DNA of 63,009 nucleotides, counting the filler, from Choristocarpus tenellus KU-1152 (lineage: Eukaryota; Protista; Phaeophyceae): the NCBI GenBank assembly GCA_964200185.2. It is 9 parts of 9 records of this genome, joined end to end, with 100 filler letters (N's around TTAATTAATTAA, not from the genome) between each part and the next. Parts side by side here need not be neighbours in the genome. Positions count along the whole stretch, not along the records: positions 31,387 to 36,018 come from CAXNAD020013711.1; positions 36,119 to 42,579 come from CAXNAD020008089.1; positions 42,680 to 46,492 come from CAXNAD020017783.1; positions 46,593 to 49,504 come from CAXNAD020023703.1; 5 more parts are not named here. One strand, written 5' to 3'. The notes beneath the pieces are model-generated. The model saw only the letters and a list, made by a program, of their open reading frames with translations. It ran no database searches and was not told the origin of the DNA. Below are positions 35,483 through 49,504 of this stretch, piece by piece; within the stretch, counting starts at the first letter, position 1; every line of letters begins with the position of its first letter. The translations under genes and the position numbers were made by a program.

Positions 35483-37749
35483 ATCGAGGTTGTATCTGTC
35501 CTCACAGAGCGCAACCCTTCAAACAAGACTACTCATCCAACACAACACAACAAACGTTGAACATGTCAGAACGATAGCCACAGAAGGCGTTTTTAGAAGA
35601 GGAATTTCGTACCGACGATTTCTATTTCTTTAATATAATGAAGGTTTCATTTGTTTTCCCCCTGACACATCTGCAAAATGTCAGCGGGCATATTTATAAA
35701 ATAATAAATGATCGATTCATATCAATCAAGATCAATCAAGATCAATTCTGAATACAGTACCTACACCGATTTTATACCGACTATTATGTACCAAACCCAT
35801 TTTGTACCGTTTTTTTCAACATACTAAACAAAATAGGCTTTTGTACCGGAATTCTCGTATTCGGGCGACTTGGTACAATATCCCAGAGATATTCACGCGA
35901 GTTTGGCGCGCGTCTAAAGATTTCTCGCGAAAAATACCTTTCTTCCTGAGTCATGCTAACATACAGCAGTACAGTATGTTGCTGGTAGGGGAATAAAGTG
36001 GAAGCCATGCCTTGTGCANNNNNNNNNNNNNNNNNNNNNNNNNNNNNNNNNNNNNNNNNNNNTTAATTAATTAANNNNNNNNNNNNNNNNNNNNNNNNNN
36101 NNNNNNNNNNNNNNNNNNCTTGCTAGGGTCTTAAGAAGTAGTGTTGACTCATACGGGGGGGGGGGGAGTCTGAACACTGAACAGGTTGGCATCGTTAGTA
36201 GAAGACTTTCAGCATCATCTGAGTGCAGTTTAGTTTTATTGTTAGGGTCTTGACCACTTCTCATTGTGCCGTCCCCTCTCTTCCCCCAATCTGTTTTTCT
36301 AATGCGACCAAACACCCTCGTTGTTTCTTCCCAATTGGGGGAATTTCTTGTTGTCTCTCTTTGTTTGCTCAGTACGATCCTGCTGTTGACTACGGAGGCT
36401 ACACAATCCATGGAGGGGAGGTCAATTTCAAGGATAAGTGATGGGTCGTCGTCGTAGAGTGATCTAAGATAGAACTTTGAGATAACTTTGAGATGCGACT
36501 GAGCTTCTGCATACCTCGACAGCGGTTGATGGTCTCGTCGGTGACAAGCATTCCTTGTATTCACATTGCTGTTGTGGGAGGGACCCAAGGGGAGTTAGGG
36601 ACCATGATCAATGAACTACTGTTGTGCTTAAGTTGTGACTTGGGATGTAGAATCTATGTTTGCATTCAATTATAATTAGACCGATCAATGCATAATATGA
36701 TGATTTTCCTCTCGTGGCCTGCCTCACTTTTAGGAAACCCACCCTACTACTCGCCTTTTCTGTTGCTTCTTTGGCAAGCAACCCATGCCGCGAGTGTGAC
36801 TATCGAAGACACCGCCTTCTGGGTTCTGCTTCAGCATGTACGCCCTTTTCACTTTTTGTGTGTGTGTGTGTGTGTGTAACTGTGGTGTCAATGAGTCAAA
36901 GTAAAAAGAGAGGTACCCAGCTTTACCTTCTTTTTTTTTATAGGATACCGGCAAACACGTGGAAAGTTCGGCATTTTTGTATATTTTTACAAGTGTGTGC
37001 AAAGTATTTTCCGAAATTCTGTGGCAGTGCTACCTAGACCACACCTGCACAACATAGCAAACCTGCCAAAAGCGCCTTCCATATCAAACTCCATGTTCCT
37101 CTTCCAGTCCTCCCTGCGTCAACGATGGGAATGACTTTGTCGTTATCTCCTAAGGTGGTCCATGTGCCACCTGAGAGTGGACACAGTTGTCACCGTTGTC
37201 AGTCAGGGCCCTGCTCTCCCTGCCATTGCCTGTCCCATTGAGGGACCCTATCATCAGGGGATATAGTTAAGCATGTGCTACACCCAAGAACCCAAACAAA
37301 TACGTGCTTGAGATTGGTCTCTCTGTGTGTGTGTTTGTGTGCAGTGAGCAGGAGTTATGATGCGAATTGTGTAGCACTTCATAAGTTGGACCATAACAAA
37401 TATCTGCACTGTCAGTCACCCCCCTTGCATTGATGTGCTTTCTTCATTTTTATGAGGATTTATCCTCATATTGATACCGTTTTGCCTGTTAGATCGTTGT
37501 GGCCTTGCTGGTGTGCCGCCTTGTGTGCACGTAATATATGCGTCGAAAACTTCCAAAAAGTAGAAAAATCAACTCGCTCAAGTCATACTTGGCACTATGT
37601 TCATAGACATATGACTGAAATTACAAACACTCCACGTCACTGAAGAAGAAAGGCCGATGTATTTACTTCATATACTTTTGTAGGATGAAGCAACTTATGT
37701 TTTTAGGACTGTTCAGTCCGGTACTTAGAACTCCAAGTAATTCCTTACC

Positions 37750-38220
37750 CATTTGATATCAAGAACAAGGTACAAGCAGTAACATGGACTGTTGTGGCTT
37801 TTCTTGTGTATTGCGAAATGGTAAAAAGGTCTACAGTGAGTGGTGTCTTAGGGTAAACTTTCCAGATAAAACGTTTTTATGGATAAGAATAGGCCATTTT
37901 ATTGTATGCAGTACATGCAACAGGTACAATTATGCTGTAAAAGATGAGAAGAATGTGGCATATTTGGTGGAAAGGTTGGATGAAACGCTCTTGAGTGTTT
38001 ACACCCACCAGCATACTTGCCACTCCATATGGTATTGTTTCTACCTCCGAATGTGCCTGTTGAATGACGGTTGTATAATCGGTAGGCGTACACTCTTCTC
38101 CTATCAAAAACACTACTATTTCAATTGGTGAATAAGAGGAAGTCTCAGTTAACGTTATTGTCGATTGATCTGGACAACACTAGTCTGGAATCAAGTGATT
38201 TTTGGAAGGCAGTTTTTGAT
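37750..38220 (+). pseudogene. Highly degraded DDE transposase fragment, possibly Sola-like
   Basis: FIVCSTCNRY (F..C..C) followed by a frameshifted DLDNTSLE, resembling the LDNT..EN motif. Multiple stops. Confidence 0.35.
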
Positions 38221-40169
38221 AATAAAAAAATGAAACAAGGGGGAACAGGACAGAAGTTCAATAACGATCAATGCCCCAAAACGTGGTCTATTCTATAATA
38301 CCGGTAACTTCAACCACCTGCGAAAGAGCAAGGACTTGATGAATCGTGGAAGTAGAGGTGTGGCTCTTAGGAAGGGACGTAGGATGTAGGAGGGCTCAAA
38401 TACAAGGTGGGGTGCCATTTTCCCAAGGAGGAGGATAGTGGATGCTGCCACGTACAAATTGTCTGGAGGTCAGTATGATGAGGTATATAGGTGACGGTGT
38501 ATGCTTGACCCAGTGCACTATCAAGAATATTTTGCGTATATATACTCAGGCCGTACTACAACTAAATTTTAATCTTTTTTTTTGTCCCTCCTTAATGACG
38601 TCACCATGATGATAAGCAACAAGAAAGAGCTGTAACCCCTTCACCTGCGCCCACAGTTGTGCCTCCTCTACAAATTGGATGTTGGATCCTTGATTTTAGG
38701 GGATGATTATTGGTGAACAAGTGCCTGACAGGGCAGTGGTAGTTTGAGAGTTTATATATACGGAGTACATGGTAGTGGTATTTACCGTTGTTGTAGTGTC
38801 AGTATAGAGGTGATGACGTGTGCGGTAAGTGAGAAGAAAGAAACCACCCACTTTATGATCACAATACAACTGTACAAAGATATTGGTGAAAACAATCAAG
38901 AGATTTATCCGGTACATACGCAGGTGTCAAAAGTACACAGAGGCACCCTACTCACATTTTTTACTAAAGCATTGCCATAAAAGAGTATTTGGAATCCACC
39001 AAGAAGTTGGCGTGTCTGCTGTGTGAGAGCAGGAAAGTATTAAACAATATTTCGAAAGTAGTAATAATATTGAGATGGTGAAGTTATCAGTATATGGAGT
39101 GGTATGAATACCGTGAAAGGAACTAATTACACTGTCATGGATTTCAAAAGATTATTCCTTCAGTGGTGTAAGCTTTGCCGTCATATTCACTCTGCGACTC
39201 CTCTGTATTCGGAAGCAATGTCCAAAATTACCATCGTAGTCGACAGCCCACCAAAAAATCGGTTGGTGGCAATAATAGTCACTACTACCAGTGGTAATAA
39301 GGAAAATGCTCGCCTTGTGTCTTGTGAAGTAGTTCCACCTAGAACTATTCTAAGTAGTAGTTGATCTTTAGCACACGAGTCCATTCATCAAACGAAGATG
39401 TGAGAAACTACTAGTACCTTCAGGACACATAGATTACTTGCACCATCGACGTTTTATCATACTTTGGAGCTGTTTGTTGATGACGTACAACCAGCTACCC
39501 CTAGTTGGCGAATGAACACTCAATTTTGTATGCATGTATGTCCTGTGTATGCGTGCTACACTTAATAGTTGGATTGGGTACTACAACTTTGGCATCTCTA
39601 CAACCATACACTTCAAAGTCAGCTATTCATTATTTGTGCATTCCATATGGAGGTGCGACTACACAAAACGTAGTATATAAGATTGAAATACTCTATTTCT
39701 GGCTAAGTAATGCATTAAGAAGAGATCAAACGAAAATTCGTGAAACATGTGCAAAAAATGAAATGAATTTATGGATATCTAGATATGAACATTGAATTGA
39801 AGACTTTTCCTTCCTATTGTTGTTGGTTCACCTTTTCACATCATGGTCCAATAATGATGGTCTTCAGTTCAACAACGAAGGGGAACAAACCTATCGATCA
39901 ATAATATTTTTTTAATCGGTGCCAAAAATCAAATCCTGTTGTGAATCTCCATAACTAACAATGGATTGACGACTGCAGTAAGGACTTGGGTGAAGTCGTG
40001 CTCTTTCCTAGCTACTAATTACAATTAATAGAAGAAAATAGAAAGAGATAAGGTTGTCTTGCACGGGAAAAAGCAAACTTCAATTAACAAAGTATATTGT
40101 GATTAGAAACCACCAACAGCAATCGCGTTTTTGTTGCTGGTTTTTGGAACTATATCGTGCCTGCCTTCC

Positions 40170-42500
40170 CTCTGCTAAGGAGGAGTAATACTATGAGGAT
40201 CTTCCTTGCATTTGTGCTGTACATATTTTTGTAACTGCCAAAGAGGAGATAATTAATTTACGATACAATCGATTTCTACAGTGTTTTATACTTTGCTGCC
40301 AAAGAGGAGCGACATAACAATAATTTTCTTAGTCCTACTTCTGTGCTGTACATGTATTGTGACCGTGAAAGAGGAACTATAACATTATGTCATACTTCCT
40401 CCGTTTGGAAATAAATGTGTCATATTGTTTGCAGCCCCGCTGAAGAGGCAAGATTTTTCACATGGTCATATTTTATGGGTGTATTGTGCAGGCACTAAAA
40501 GGTTGCCCACAAAAATCTCAAGCAAAATGAGGCCACCTACCCCTATCTATGATTCCGCCCCCGAAGTCCTCCAAAACTCTATTCCAGCACGGTATTTCGC
40601 CGAATCCACTGGGGCATTGGGGGGGAGATTGCCCACCTTCTCAGCCTATTCCTTGCTAAGATGGGGAACTTCGAAGGATTTGTCACCCTTGGACCCCAAC
40701 ACTTCACTGTAGACTGCGAAGAGGCTCTGGCAGAGGCGCTCTAGTGTTCCCCAAGGAGAACACATAAAACTTCTCCATTGTGGCCTGCACCAGCTCTGTG
40801 TTGGTCACCCCCACGTCTTCCTTCAGCTGCTGGATGGAATGAAAGAATCCCAGGTCGTTGATGTTGGGGTCAGGAGAGTTAGCTGGCTAGATCTCTATGA
40901 CAATGTCGTCCCCTACCTCCTCCTCGATTGCTGCCACGATCCCCCCCTTTGCCCCATCCTGCTGCATGAAGGTGGTGTGTTCTTCCAACCAGGGCATATG
41001 GGCCTTGATGGTCAGGATGATATCCTCCACCATGAGCTTGTTATACCTCTCCATGTCCACCGTGGCTGGCACAAGCACCTTGGTGCTGTTGGGGCGGTGT
41101 TTGCAGAAGCACTGAGCGACCTTAGTGTCCTCGATGGTCAGATCTTCACTTCCAAGGACGGACCACAGCTGCAAGGAACATCCCCTTCATAGTGTAGCGC
41201 TTATTCTGTACCTTTGGGGGTTTGGGTGGGTCCTCAGTGGGGTGCAGGGGCACACCTTGCCCATTTCTGAGGATGTAAAACCACTTATAGTCCACATGCA
41301 CCCCTCCCCTAATACCCCACTTCCTCCCCTCATGTGCTTGTGACTGATAACAAAACCCATCCTGTTGGCTCTCTGCTGGTCTAAGAGGACTGGCTTAATT
41401 CACCGCTTGACCTTCTCAACCTCCTCGCACTTGAACAGATCCCACAATGATGCAAGGGAGGCCCAGCTTCGGCCGCCGATTTCTGGAAGGATATGTAGTG
41501 TACTGATGGGACATCCCAAACATCAAGGATACTTGTACGATGGCCACATCGCCCTTTGCGAGGTCGTACAAGGTCCATGCATTCACCCAGTGCGATCTGG
41601 CTGCTATACTCCTTCTGGTGACGAAACACAGTTATTCGGGAAATTCCGAAGTCCTCCATGATCGCCGCCGCCGTCTCCTGTGGCATCCGAGTCCACACAC
41701 CCTCTCGCCTCCAGGCATCGCACCACCACGCTGTTCTTCATTGGGGTTTTGAGTCTGGACCCCGGACAGACATCTGGGCCGAAGAATTGGGACCGACGGA
41801 CGACAACTGGATGAGCGAGCCTCTCGAACGACAGCGGGTCCTTCGTCCTAACCTTCTCTCCCAATAAACACCCTGTTTGACAGTTTCAGAAAGATTTCGA
41901 ATCCCATCAAACGCGACTTGGTCGACTATGCACTGGTGTTCCTCCACAGTTATGGCCGTCCACCACCTCAAACATTGCACGCCTCCCGATATATATGAGA
42001 ACCAAGCCTCGTTAAGAGGGTTTATTACGTGGATCATTCTCAGGTGAGAACAGAGCTTGAGAAGTTATGTTACATTTAATTCCGAACGGGGGAGGTATAT
42101 TTATGTCTACCGTGTTGTACCTTTTTTGTAACTGCCAACAAGGACCAACAATGTTTCGAGATTATTCGTTTCTAATGTGTCGTTACAGTCCTGTAACTGT
42201 GAAAGAGAAAGTACAGTACAATTTACTTTCGTTCCTATTATCTCGCACCGATTTTTAAACTGCAAAAAGAAGTTACTTAAGATCATTTTTCAGTTACGCT
42301 GTGTTGTACCTGTCTTGGCACTGCAAGAGAGGACCTACATTTCGAGATTTTTTCATTCTGTGTTCTACTGTTTGTATCCTCATTCGTACTGTGTGGTACC
42401 AATGTTCCAACTGCCATACAAGAAGCACACGACGAGATATATATGTTCAATTTAACTCAGTTGTAAAAGTTTCGTAACGGTCAAAGAGGAGCTTCACAAG
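40170..42500. repeat. Degenerate about 65-70 bp tandem repeat (core gtaactgccaaagaggag), split by the mariner insertion
   Basis: The core recurs in the same orientation at about 40230, 40295 and 40360, then at about 42130, 42195, 42258, 42320, 42410 and 42478. Confidence 0.6.
40395..42095 (-). mobile_element. Mariner-like (DD39D/plant-oomycete type) transposon with Stowaway-like TIRs; frameshifted transposase
   Basis: TA|cttcctccgtttggaaataaatgt ... acatttaattccgaacgggggagg|TA. Minus-strand peptides: HTH FGISRITVFRH, RPRKGRCGH, VHVDYKWFY, MQQDGA, PANSPDPNINDLGFFHSIQ, YSEVLGSKGDKSFEVPH. Confidence 0.9.
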
Positions 42501-42945
42501 GAACCTCAATCGGTACAACAGCATGGCGGTATATGGCATACAACAGGGGATTCTCAAAATTGAGGATGGAGCGGGACTANNNNNNNNNNNNNNNNNNNNN
42601 NNNNNNNNNNNNNNNNNNNNNNNTTAATTAATTAANNNNNNNNNNNNNNNNNNNNNNNNNNNNNNNNNNNNNNNNNNNNTCTACACCATCGTAGGGAGTG
42701 GCAAGCGTCAGAGGTTGACGCCAGTCGTACCTCTTGCCCCACAGGCATCGTTTATTGCCTGCACGCGTGTCACTAAGCATTTTTCTTTGCCATTGATTCA
42801 ACCAAACTCGTGTAATAATAATGAAACTTGGTTCAACTGTTCTTTGTGCAGATACCCATCCATGCCCAAACCTCTGTCGCTTTCATCACAAAGAGTTCGT
42901 GTATCTGGCACTGTTGAAGAACAAGAGGAAAATGACTTGACATTT

Positions 42946-43205
42946 GAGTGAAAGTATCTTAGAGGGTACGAGTTTTGCCCTGTTTGTCCATTTGGGTCTT
43001 GGCTTCCCATGGGGTTTTTGTGATATTTTTCCTACTCCGAAATGTTTCGGAGTAGGTAATATGTATATGTTATGAAAATGACGTGTCCGGAACAAGGATA
43101 CTGACACTTCCTAACAAATACGACGGAAAAAATTACATGGAAATCGCAACATTGGATTTCGGTCCCCGAATGGACGCGGCCCTACCCTCTAAGATACTTT
43201 GACTC
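42946..43205. mobile_element. MITE family B copy (reverse orientation), near-perfect TIR
   Basis: gagtgaaagtatcttagagggta ... taccctctaagatactttgactc. Confidence 0.85.
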
Positions 43206-43760
43206 TATGCAAAGGGATGGGCATCCCTTGCATTATAGAGGACAGCAGCCCTTTCATGGCGGACAGGAATCTCCGCATGGATCTGGTGCTCCACGCAGGG
43301 GCAGTGGCGGACGCTGGAACAGCCCCCTACAGGGACAAAGGCCTTCTGCTAGATGTCACCTTCGCAGAGGTACAGACAACCTCCCACCTTACCCATTCAT
43401 CCACAAGCAATGGTATGCCTGCTGCTGCAGCTGAGGTGCGAAAGCGCACCCACTACGAGGACTCTTTTGGTCCTCATAGTTATAACCTCAACACCCTCAC
43501 GGTGGAAAAATTTGGGCGCCTTAGCAAGTACGCGGAATGCTTCCTGGATGAGCTGGCTACTCACATGGTAGGGGGGAGAGGAGCGGGAGGATACAGCAGG
43601 AAAGAAGTAGTTTAATCCCGGCTACACTAAATTGTCTCGGTAACTACGCAAGTGGCACTGTCTCAACATGTCATGCGTTTTAAGCTGGAATCACCAGGGA
43701 GATGGGCACGGAGGGGTTTAGTTGGGTTCTTGGGATGCCTCCCTAGCTCCTCCCCCCGGG
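43206..43760 (+). mobile_element. 3' fragment of a CRE-like non-LTR retrotransposon (restriction-like endonuclease domain)
   Basis: LRMDLV...LLDVT...AEVRKRTHY...TVEKFGRL follows the R-x-D / D-V-T / K..Y / VE..G pattern of RLE domains. A second copy lies at 62020-63009. Confidence 0.8.
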
Positions 43761-43852
43761 GCACAGGTATAGGTAGATTGGAGACATAGGAGGGTAGTAG
43801 TACAACATAGATAGTGGTGAAGTAACAAATGGATTATGACATTTTGTTTCTT

Positions 43853-44500
43853 CAGGGCTTATACTGACAATGTGCATAGTTTTCATTGGTTTCCCCTCTG
43901 ACTCATCTCCGAAATGTCAGAGGGCATAATAATATATAGAATATACACTATGTCAGAAAGCATAATAATAAAAATATACCCTATATTTTCGTCAATACAC
44001 AAAAGGGATTGTTGCTCTTTCTGCCATCTTTCAAAATTCAATGTTACATTACCTCTCAGTTTGTTTTGACTCTGATTTCTATGTCCCCCTTTTCTCAGAC
44101 ACCATTGGTTTCCCACCCAATGATTATTCTATTATTACATATCCTACAATACTATTGTCTACCCCTGGAGATTTTATATCTAGAGATATGTGAATTATAT
44201 GTAATATATAATTTAGTTTGGGGATACTTCCCTTTCCTTGCGTGGATATTTGAAACAGTTTGGACCCCCTACCCCCGACCTCCCATGTTCGTTAGCAATC
44301 TGGGACTATGTATTTGTCCCTCTGTTCGCTCTCATTTATGTAGGTCAGATGGTCTAGTGAATGTCAATTTTATCGGACACTGTTTTGTACAGAAGGCAAT
44401 GAAATAGAGTGTTGCACAGGGTAAGAAGTATTATTATCCCCTCTGATATTCGGCATAGATGTGTCAGGGGAAAAGCCAAACCAATATGACAAGGAACCCT
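43853..44500. repeat. Dispersed repeat with inverted arms (ttcccctctgac.catct...atgtcagagggcataat)
   Basis: About 43888-43935 is inverted relative to about 44430-44478. Similar sequence occurs at about 35650-35700 and 61795-61845. Confidence 0.55.
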
Positions 44501-46774
44501 GTCAAAGTAGGAGTTGTCGTTTATGTAAAATATACTTCTCCAAGAACAATTTTCTATCATAATGCTAACACAGTGCTCTCTTAAGGTTGGTGAATAACAA
44601 TGTAACGTGTACACTGCTGCTGGATCAAACCAATTGAGAGGTACGCAGGTTTGGACCCTTTTGCATTGGAAGTCATACGAAAGAAACTTGTTAGTAGTAC
44701 ACAGTTACTCCTTTTTGAGTTGAACCACGCAAGAGGTAGGAAAGTTTGGACCCTTTTCCATTCTAACCTATTTTTCTTACCCTTTGCAATACACTCTATT
44801 CCATTTCTTTATGTTGTGCAACAATATATGCAAAATTGGTATTCTCCCATCCCACAAACAAGGTGGCATCACATTTCAGCAAGGCTCTTTCTGCAACTGC
44901 ACAAAATGACATATTTTTGCCCTTTCTTGGGATCCTTAAAATGAAACCCCGTCCACCTCTCAGTTATATTGGCTCTTCTGCAATTCTTGATTAAATTGGT
45001 TGAGCGATACATGAGGTGAATGCTGAGGAAGACAATGACCATCTCGTGGTGGTGTGAGCAGAAAATTGGATATTGATAGGGAACACATGGGGTGAAGCTG
45101 TTGCAGGTGTTTTGAAATTGTTGAAGTAGGGTGGAATTTGGACAGCACTGGGAAAAGCAGTCAAAGTTGTTAGTTTTAAATGAGGAAAGCAAAATATACT
45201 GGCAGAGAGGGAGTTGCGTGAAGACGCTTATGTGGAGATACATAGCACTGTTGAGAGTGATACAGTACTTGATAGAGACACCAATACTATCAGGGTAGCG
45301 CCAAGTAGTTCAGAATATTTGGGGTGCAAGGCACGAAACAAAGACAGCAAAGATATTTGGTGCGTTATGCTCATGGATGACAATATATGCATACTCACAG
45401 TGATACCTCTTTCCCCACATCCAACCAGGATGATGACAGCATGGTCCTTAGTACAATATCATGTATCTCTTGAACGTCTTTGAACTGTACAATACCCCCT
45501 TATCGCCCAGATTTCGAGGTTCCGACTTAACCACAGACAATCAACCGTTGTTTCACTGGACGTTGTTGGATTGAGATTATAGGACCCCTAAAACAGAAAG
45601 CTCAACTTCTGAGCAGCACTGTGAAACGCCAGGACCCTGATCTTTCCAACGCACCACAGAGCATCGATTAACCCTATGGGTTTGCTAGTCATGCAGCGAA
45701 GTGTGTCATGCAAAACGAAACTCTGCTTCTGGAAAAAGTGACCTAGAAGAAGCCGAGTTTTATTTCCTATCAAAGGTGATGCCAGTAGCATCGCCCTCTG
45801 TGGCAATCATAGGTTTTTTCACCCAAACGGTACAACAGTTATACAACAATATATATATCAAATGAAAGGTTATGGCAAGAGCTTTTGAAGGTTTGTATCC
45901 ACGAATGTCCAGGCTTCGGGGGAACGGGAGCTATGTCCCTATCAAAGAATGGCAAAAACGCGGGGGAAGATCTATGGAGCAATTTTGAAGGTCATGACTT
46001 CAAAACAGACAAAAACGAAGTGGTTGGCCGAACTCCTTGCAAAAAACTGGTCCGGGGTATGTCGCTGCCCAAGTTTGGTCGGTGTGGAGATACCGAATGT
46101 TAAAACATAGGCTACTCATTTGTTTCTTCTTGATATGATACACATACTACCAGCTTGTACTGACTGTTGATTGGTGCACTGCACTGGTTGTTAGTGTTCA
46201 TTTATTTATTGCCCGTTCCAAATCATCATCACATCGATGACTGTAGATAGAAGCATAGCATCAGTTGATATTCAGTTGATCCACATCACACACAGGAACA
46301 TCATAGCACACGTCATCCAAGTTACTTCGGAACTTGCATCAAGTGAGTTCCACTGTTACCTTGTGTTCCCCTTTCTATTTTGTTGTTGCCATCTCTGTTC
46401 TTCCTTTTTTTATGAACAAGACCCCAGATGCACGGTAATTGTTGTTATTATTTTATTGATTGTCATTGTCCCCTCACTGAACACCTCAACACNNNNNNNN
46501 NNNNNNNNNNNNNNNNNNNNNNNNNNNNNNNNNNNNTTAATTAATTAANNNNNNNNNNNNNNNNNNNNNNNNNNNNNNNNNNNNNNNNNNNNCAAAGAAT
46601 AGTCACAATGACCTCGTACATAGTACTTCGCCCGCCCCCAGACCATCTCTATCGGGTTCAATTCACAGTGATACTTGACAGTGTCCACGACGACGCTCAA
46701 CCAGAATCATGTCCTGTGAGTGGCTTAAACAGTATTAAGCCGAGGTTAGCCCACGTACGGTTTTGGCGGGTACC

Positions 46775-47083
46775 AATCTTAAAATTTTTGAAAAGGTTGC
46801 ACAACGATTTAATCAACGATCAGCATATGAAATGAAAGCTGTGGATTTAAGGTATTACTGGTGCAAAGGAATTATTTCGGAAAAACATTTTTGGTCGTGA
46901 TAATTCATTCCAGAGCATTTACAAGGTTGTGCCGAAACCATTCGGTTTAAACTTAACCTCACCAAAAAATGTTCCAAAAATATTCCTTTGCACCAGTAAT
47001 ACCTTAGATCCAAAGCCTTTATTTGATATGCTGATCATCGTTTAACTTGTTAAGCAACCCTTTTTTTTAAAATCAAGACTGGT
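46775..47083. repeat. Foldback / long inverted repeat element
   Basis: Arms of about 120 bp, including taaggtattactggtgcaaaggaat versus attcctttgcaccagtaatacctta, with a spacer of about 65 bp. Confidence 0.8.
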
Positions 47084-49079
47084 CTTATCCTATAGGCGAC
47101 TGCCAACACTATATATGAAACAACTCGACCAAGAATTTTCTTGAAACACAGACAAAACAAATTACAACACTATCTAACATATATTTCATGTATATTTTTG
47201 TGAAGAGGCAGACGTTTGATTGCCTTGAGTCAACCAAAGGATGTGATTGAGAGGTAGTAATATGTAATGTAAGACATAATTCCTTCTAGAATCTTGAGAA
47301 TGTTTGTGTTTTCTGCTTCGAAAAATAGTGGTTTGTGTCTAACAAGGTTAACACAAAGGAATGCCTTTAAAATCAGCCTGAGTGGGTCAAAATTACATCC
47401 ATCTTTCAATTCCTCCATGAACCAAACATCAATGAACAAAGTCTGGAACACCAATTCCACAAAGTAACCACATACACTATTATTTAGTGTCTGCCACGAG
47501 CATAATGTACAGCAAATTTCTGTACTCTCCTTGCTTCTTATTATGCCTTGTATGCTAAACTTCAAAATGCTTTCACTCCTACCCCAACAGTAGTAAAAAA
47601 TAAATGCTGCTATATTTCTAGAGTCCTGTATCGCACCCAACAGCATGCACCATCAATTATACCTGCACAATACAAGCGTCTTAACATCTGGTCTCTGTAG
47701 AATATTACATGCTTAATCACTAAACCACCCTTGAAATGTCACCATGTTTACCACCAGCGATGCATGTACTATCCTCCCCATTCCAACAATCCCAATATGC
47801 TTGCAATAGGTTTCACACCCTGTGCTACACACTGAAATTCAACGTTCCGCTCAGACCACCACCAGATTCCCCTTGCCCTTGACTTTCATCTCGTATATTA
47901 TATATTGTCCTGTTCGTATTCAAGCTAGAGTTGCAAAAGTTACGTCCGTATACCTACCTGTTATTAGTTCCTTCCATAACAATACAACAACGGTTGAAAC
48001 TGTTCATGGACTTAACTATGATGAAGGCAACCGAGAGGAAAGAGAAGAATCCCAAGAATAAGTCAAGCCCCTACACTAGCCCACCTACCCCTTCTCTCCA
48101 ATTTTGACTCGCATGATGGCACATCTCCCGATCATTTTTGGGATTTGAGGAGTTGGTGACAGAATCTGTCACAAGAAGGGGTGGGTGATTTCTTGCACCC
48201 TTCTGACCAAAACCTTCTGCCTCTCAACCATCCACAACAACGTTAGTCGCCAAGTCATCCAGAAATGCTGCTCTAACTTTGTAGTTTTTCCAATGTCTGC
48301 CATCATACCTTTTGGAGAGGGTGGGTTCAAACTGGACCCTAGCCCTAAACCTTGTTAAGATAAAAGTGGAATATATGTGAGGGATCCATTTATTTGAAAA
48401 CTTATTTTTGGCCCTTGTTTGCCATAGACAGTCAAAGGAATGTGATCAATAATATAAATTTAATAATTTCCTTACTGTACCCCTGATCTCCTTGAATCGA
48501 AAAATAGAACTAGAAATGTGAGAGAGAGCCATCTTCCAACTAAGATATACCTTTAAGGTAACCTATTTTGAAGAATCTGTTGTACATATGACATCTTTTT
48601 TGCATGTTGAAGTTAACATCTGCTTGAAGTGAATAGCGGGTGGTTTGAGGGGACCTTGCAAACCCCCCTCTTTCACTTTCCACTTGTACGCTCTTTCCTG
48701 AGTGATCTTCTGAGGGATTGCTCCCCCCCCCTCTTGCCTTGTCTCTCTCCATTTTCTTGCCTCCTGTGGATCTTTCCAGTCCCCTCCAGTCTGAAGAGCC
48801 TGTAAGCTTGTTTCCATCTGTTTCACAAAAGGGCAGATTGGAATCCTGGTGACTATATTTCGAAAAGAGAAAAACAAAATCGCGTACAATATAGAGTATC
48901 AAAGTAGTAGTATTTGATAGTAGACTTGAACTCTTGGAAGTAGAGGAGTTTTGTTTGTATTCGAATTTGTTTTACTCTCATTCTTCCCAAAAATGTTGCA
49001 TTTTCCTTTGCTCACGGATTCTGGATTATTATTATTTTATTCTAAGTTTGCATTCCACCCATTCCCCATTGTGCCACCG

Positions 49080-49504
49080 CTTGTGACCAACCAGTGCGAC
49101 CTCTTCGCCACTGATTTCCAGTCACACCCCCACCCTGTGATGACCAACCAATGTAAACCCCATTCGCCCTTGATTTCCAGCCACCACTCACCTCTGGTGA
49201 CCAACCAGTGTTAAACCCTTTCGCCGCTGGTTTCCAGTCACCCCCTACATCCGATGACCAACCAGTGCGACCCCTTCACCACTGGTTTCCAGTCACACAC
49301 CCCCATGTGATGACCAACCAATGTAAACCCCATTCGCCCTTGATTTCCAGCCACCACTCACCTCTGGTGACCAACCAGTTTGAAACCCCTTCAACGCTGG
49401 TTTCCAGTCACCCCCTACATCCGATGACCAACCAGTGCGACCCCTTCACCACTGCACTCCACTCACCCCCCCCCACGTGATAACCACCCAATATAACCCC
49501 CATT
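49080..49504. repeat. Minisatellite with an about 57 bp unit and about 170 bp higher-order periodicity, running into a gap
   Basis: tgaccaacca occurs at about 49084, 49141, 49198, 49255, 49311, 49368 and 49425. The segment starting at 49141 recurs almost exactly at 49311. Confidence 0.9.

Noticed and set aside
36120-36588. Gypsy RNase H remnant
   Set aside because: Only a vague resemblance; motifs are incomplete and out of order.
39190-39460. Helitron Rep-helicase remnant (PEGTSSFSHLRLMNGLV on the minus strand)
   Set aside because: A single short degenerate motif with no termini, too weak to call.
49080-49504. CRISPR-like repeat-spacer array
   Set aside because: The intervening segments are homologous and recur, so this is a minisatellite. 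The context is eukaryotic and there are no cas genes.
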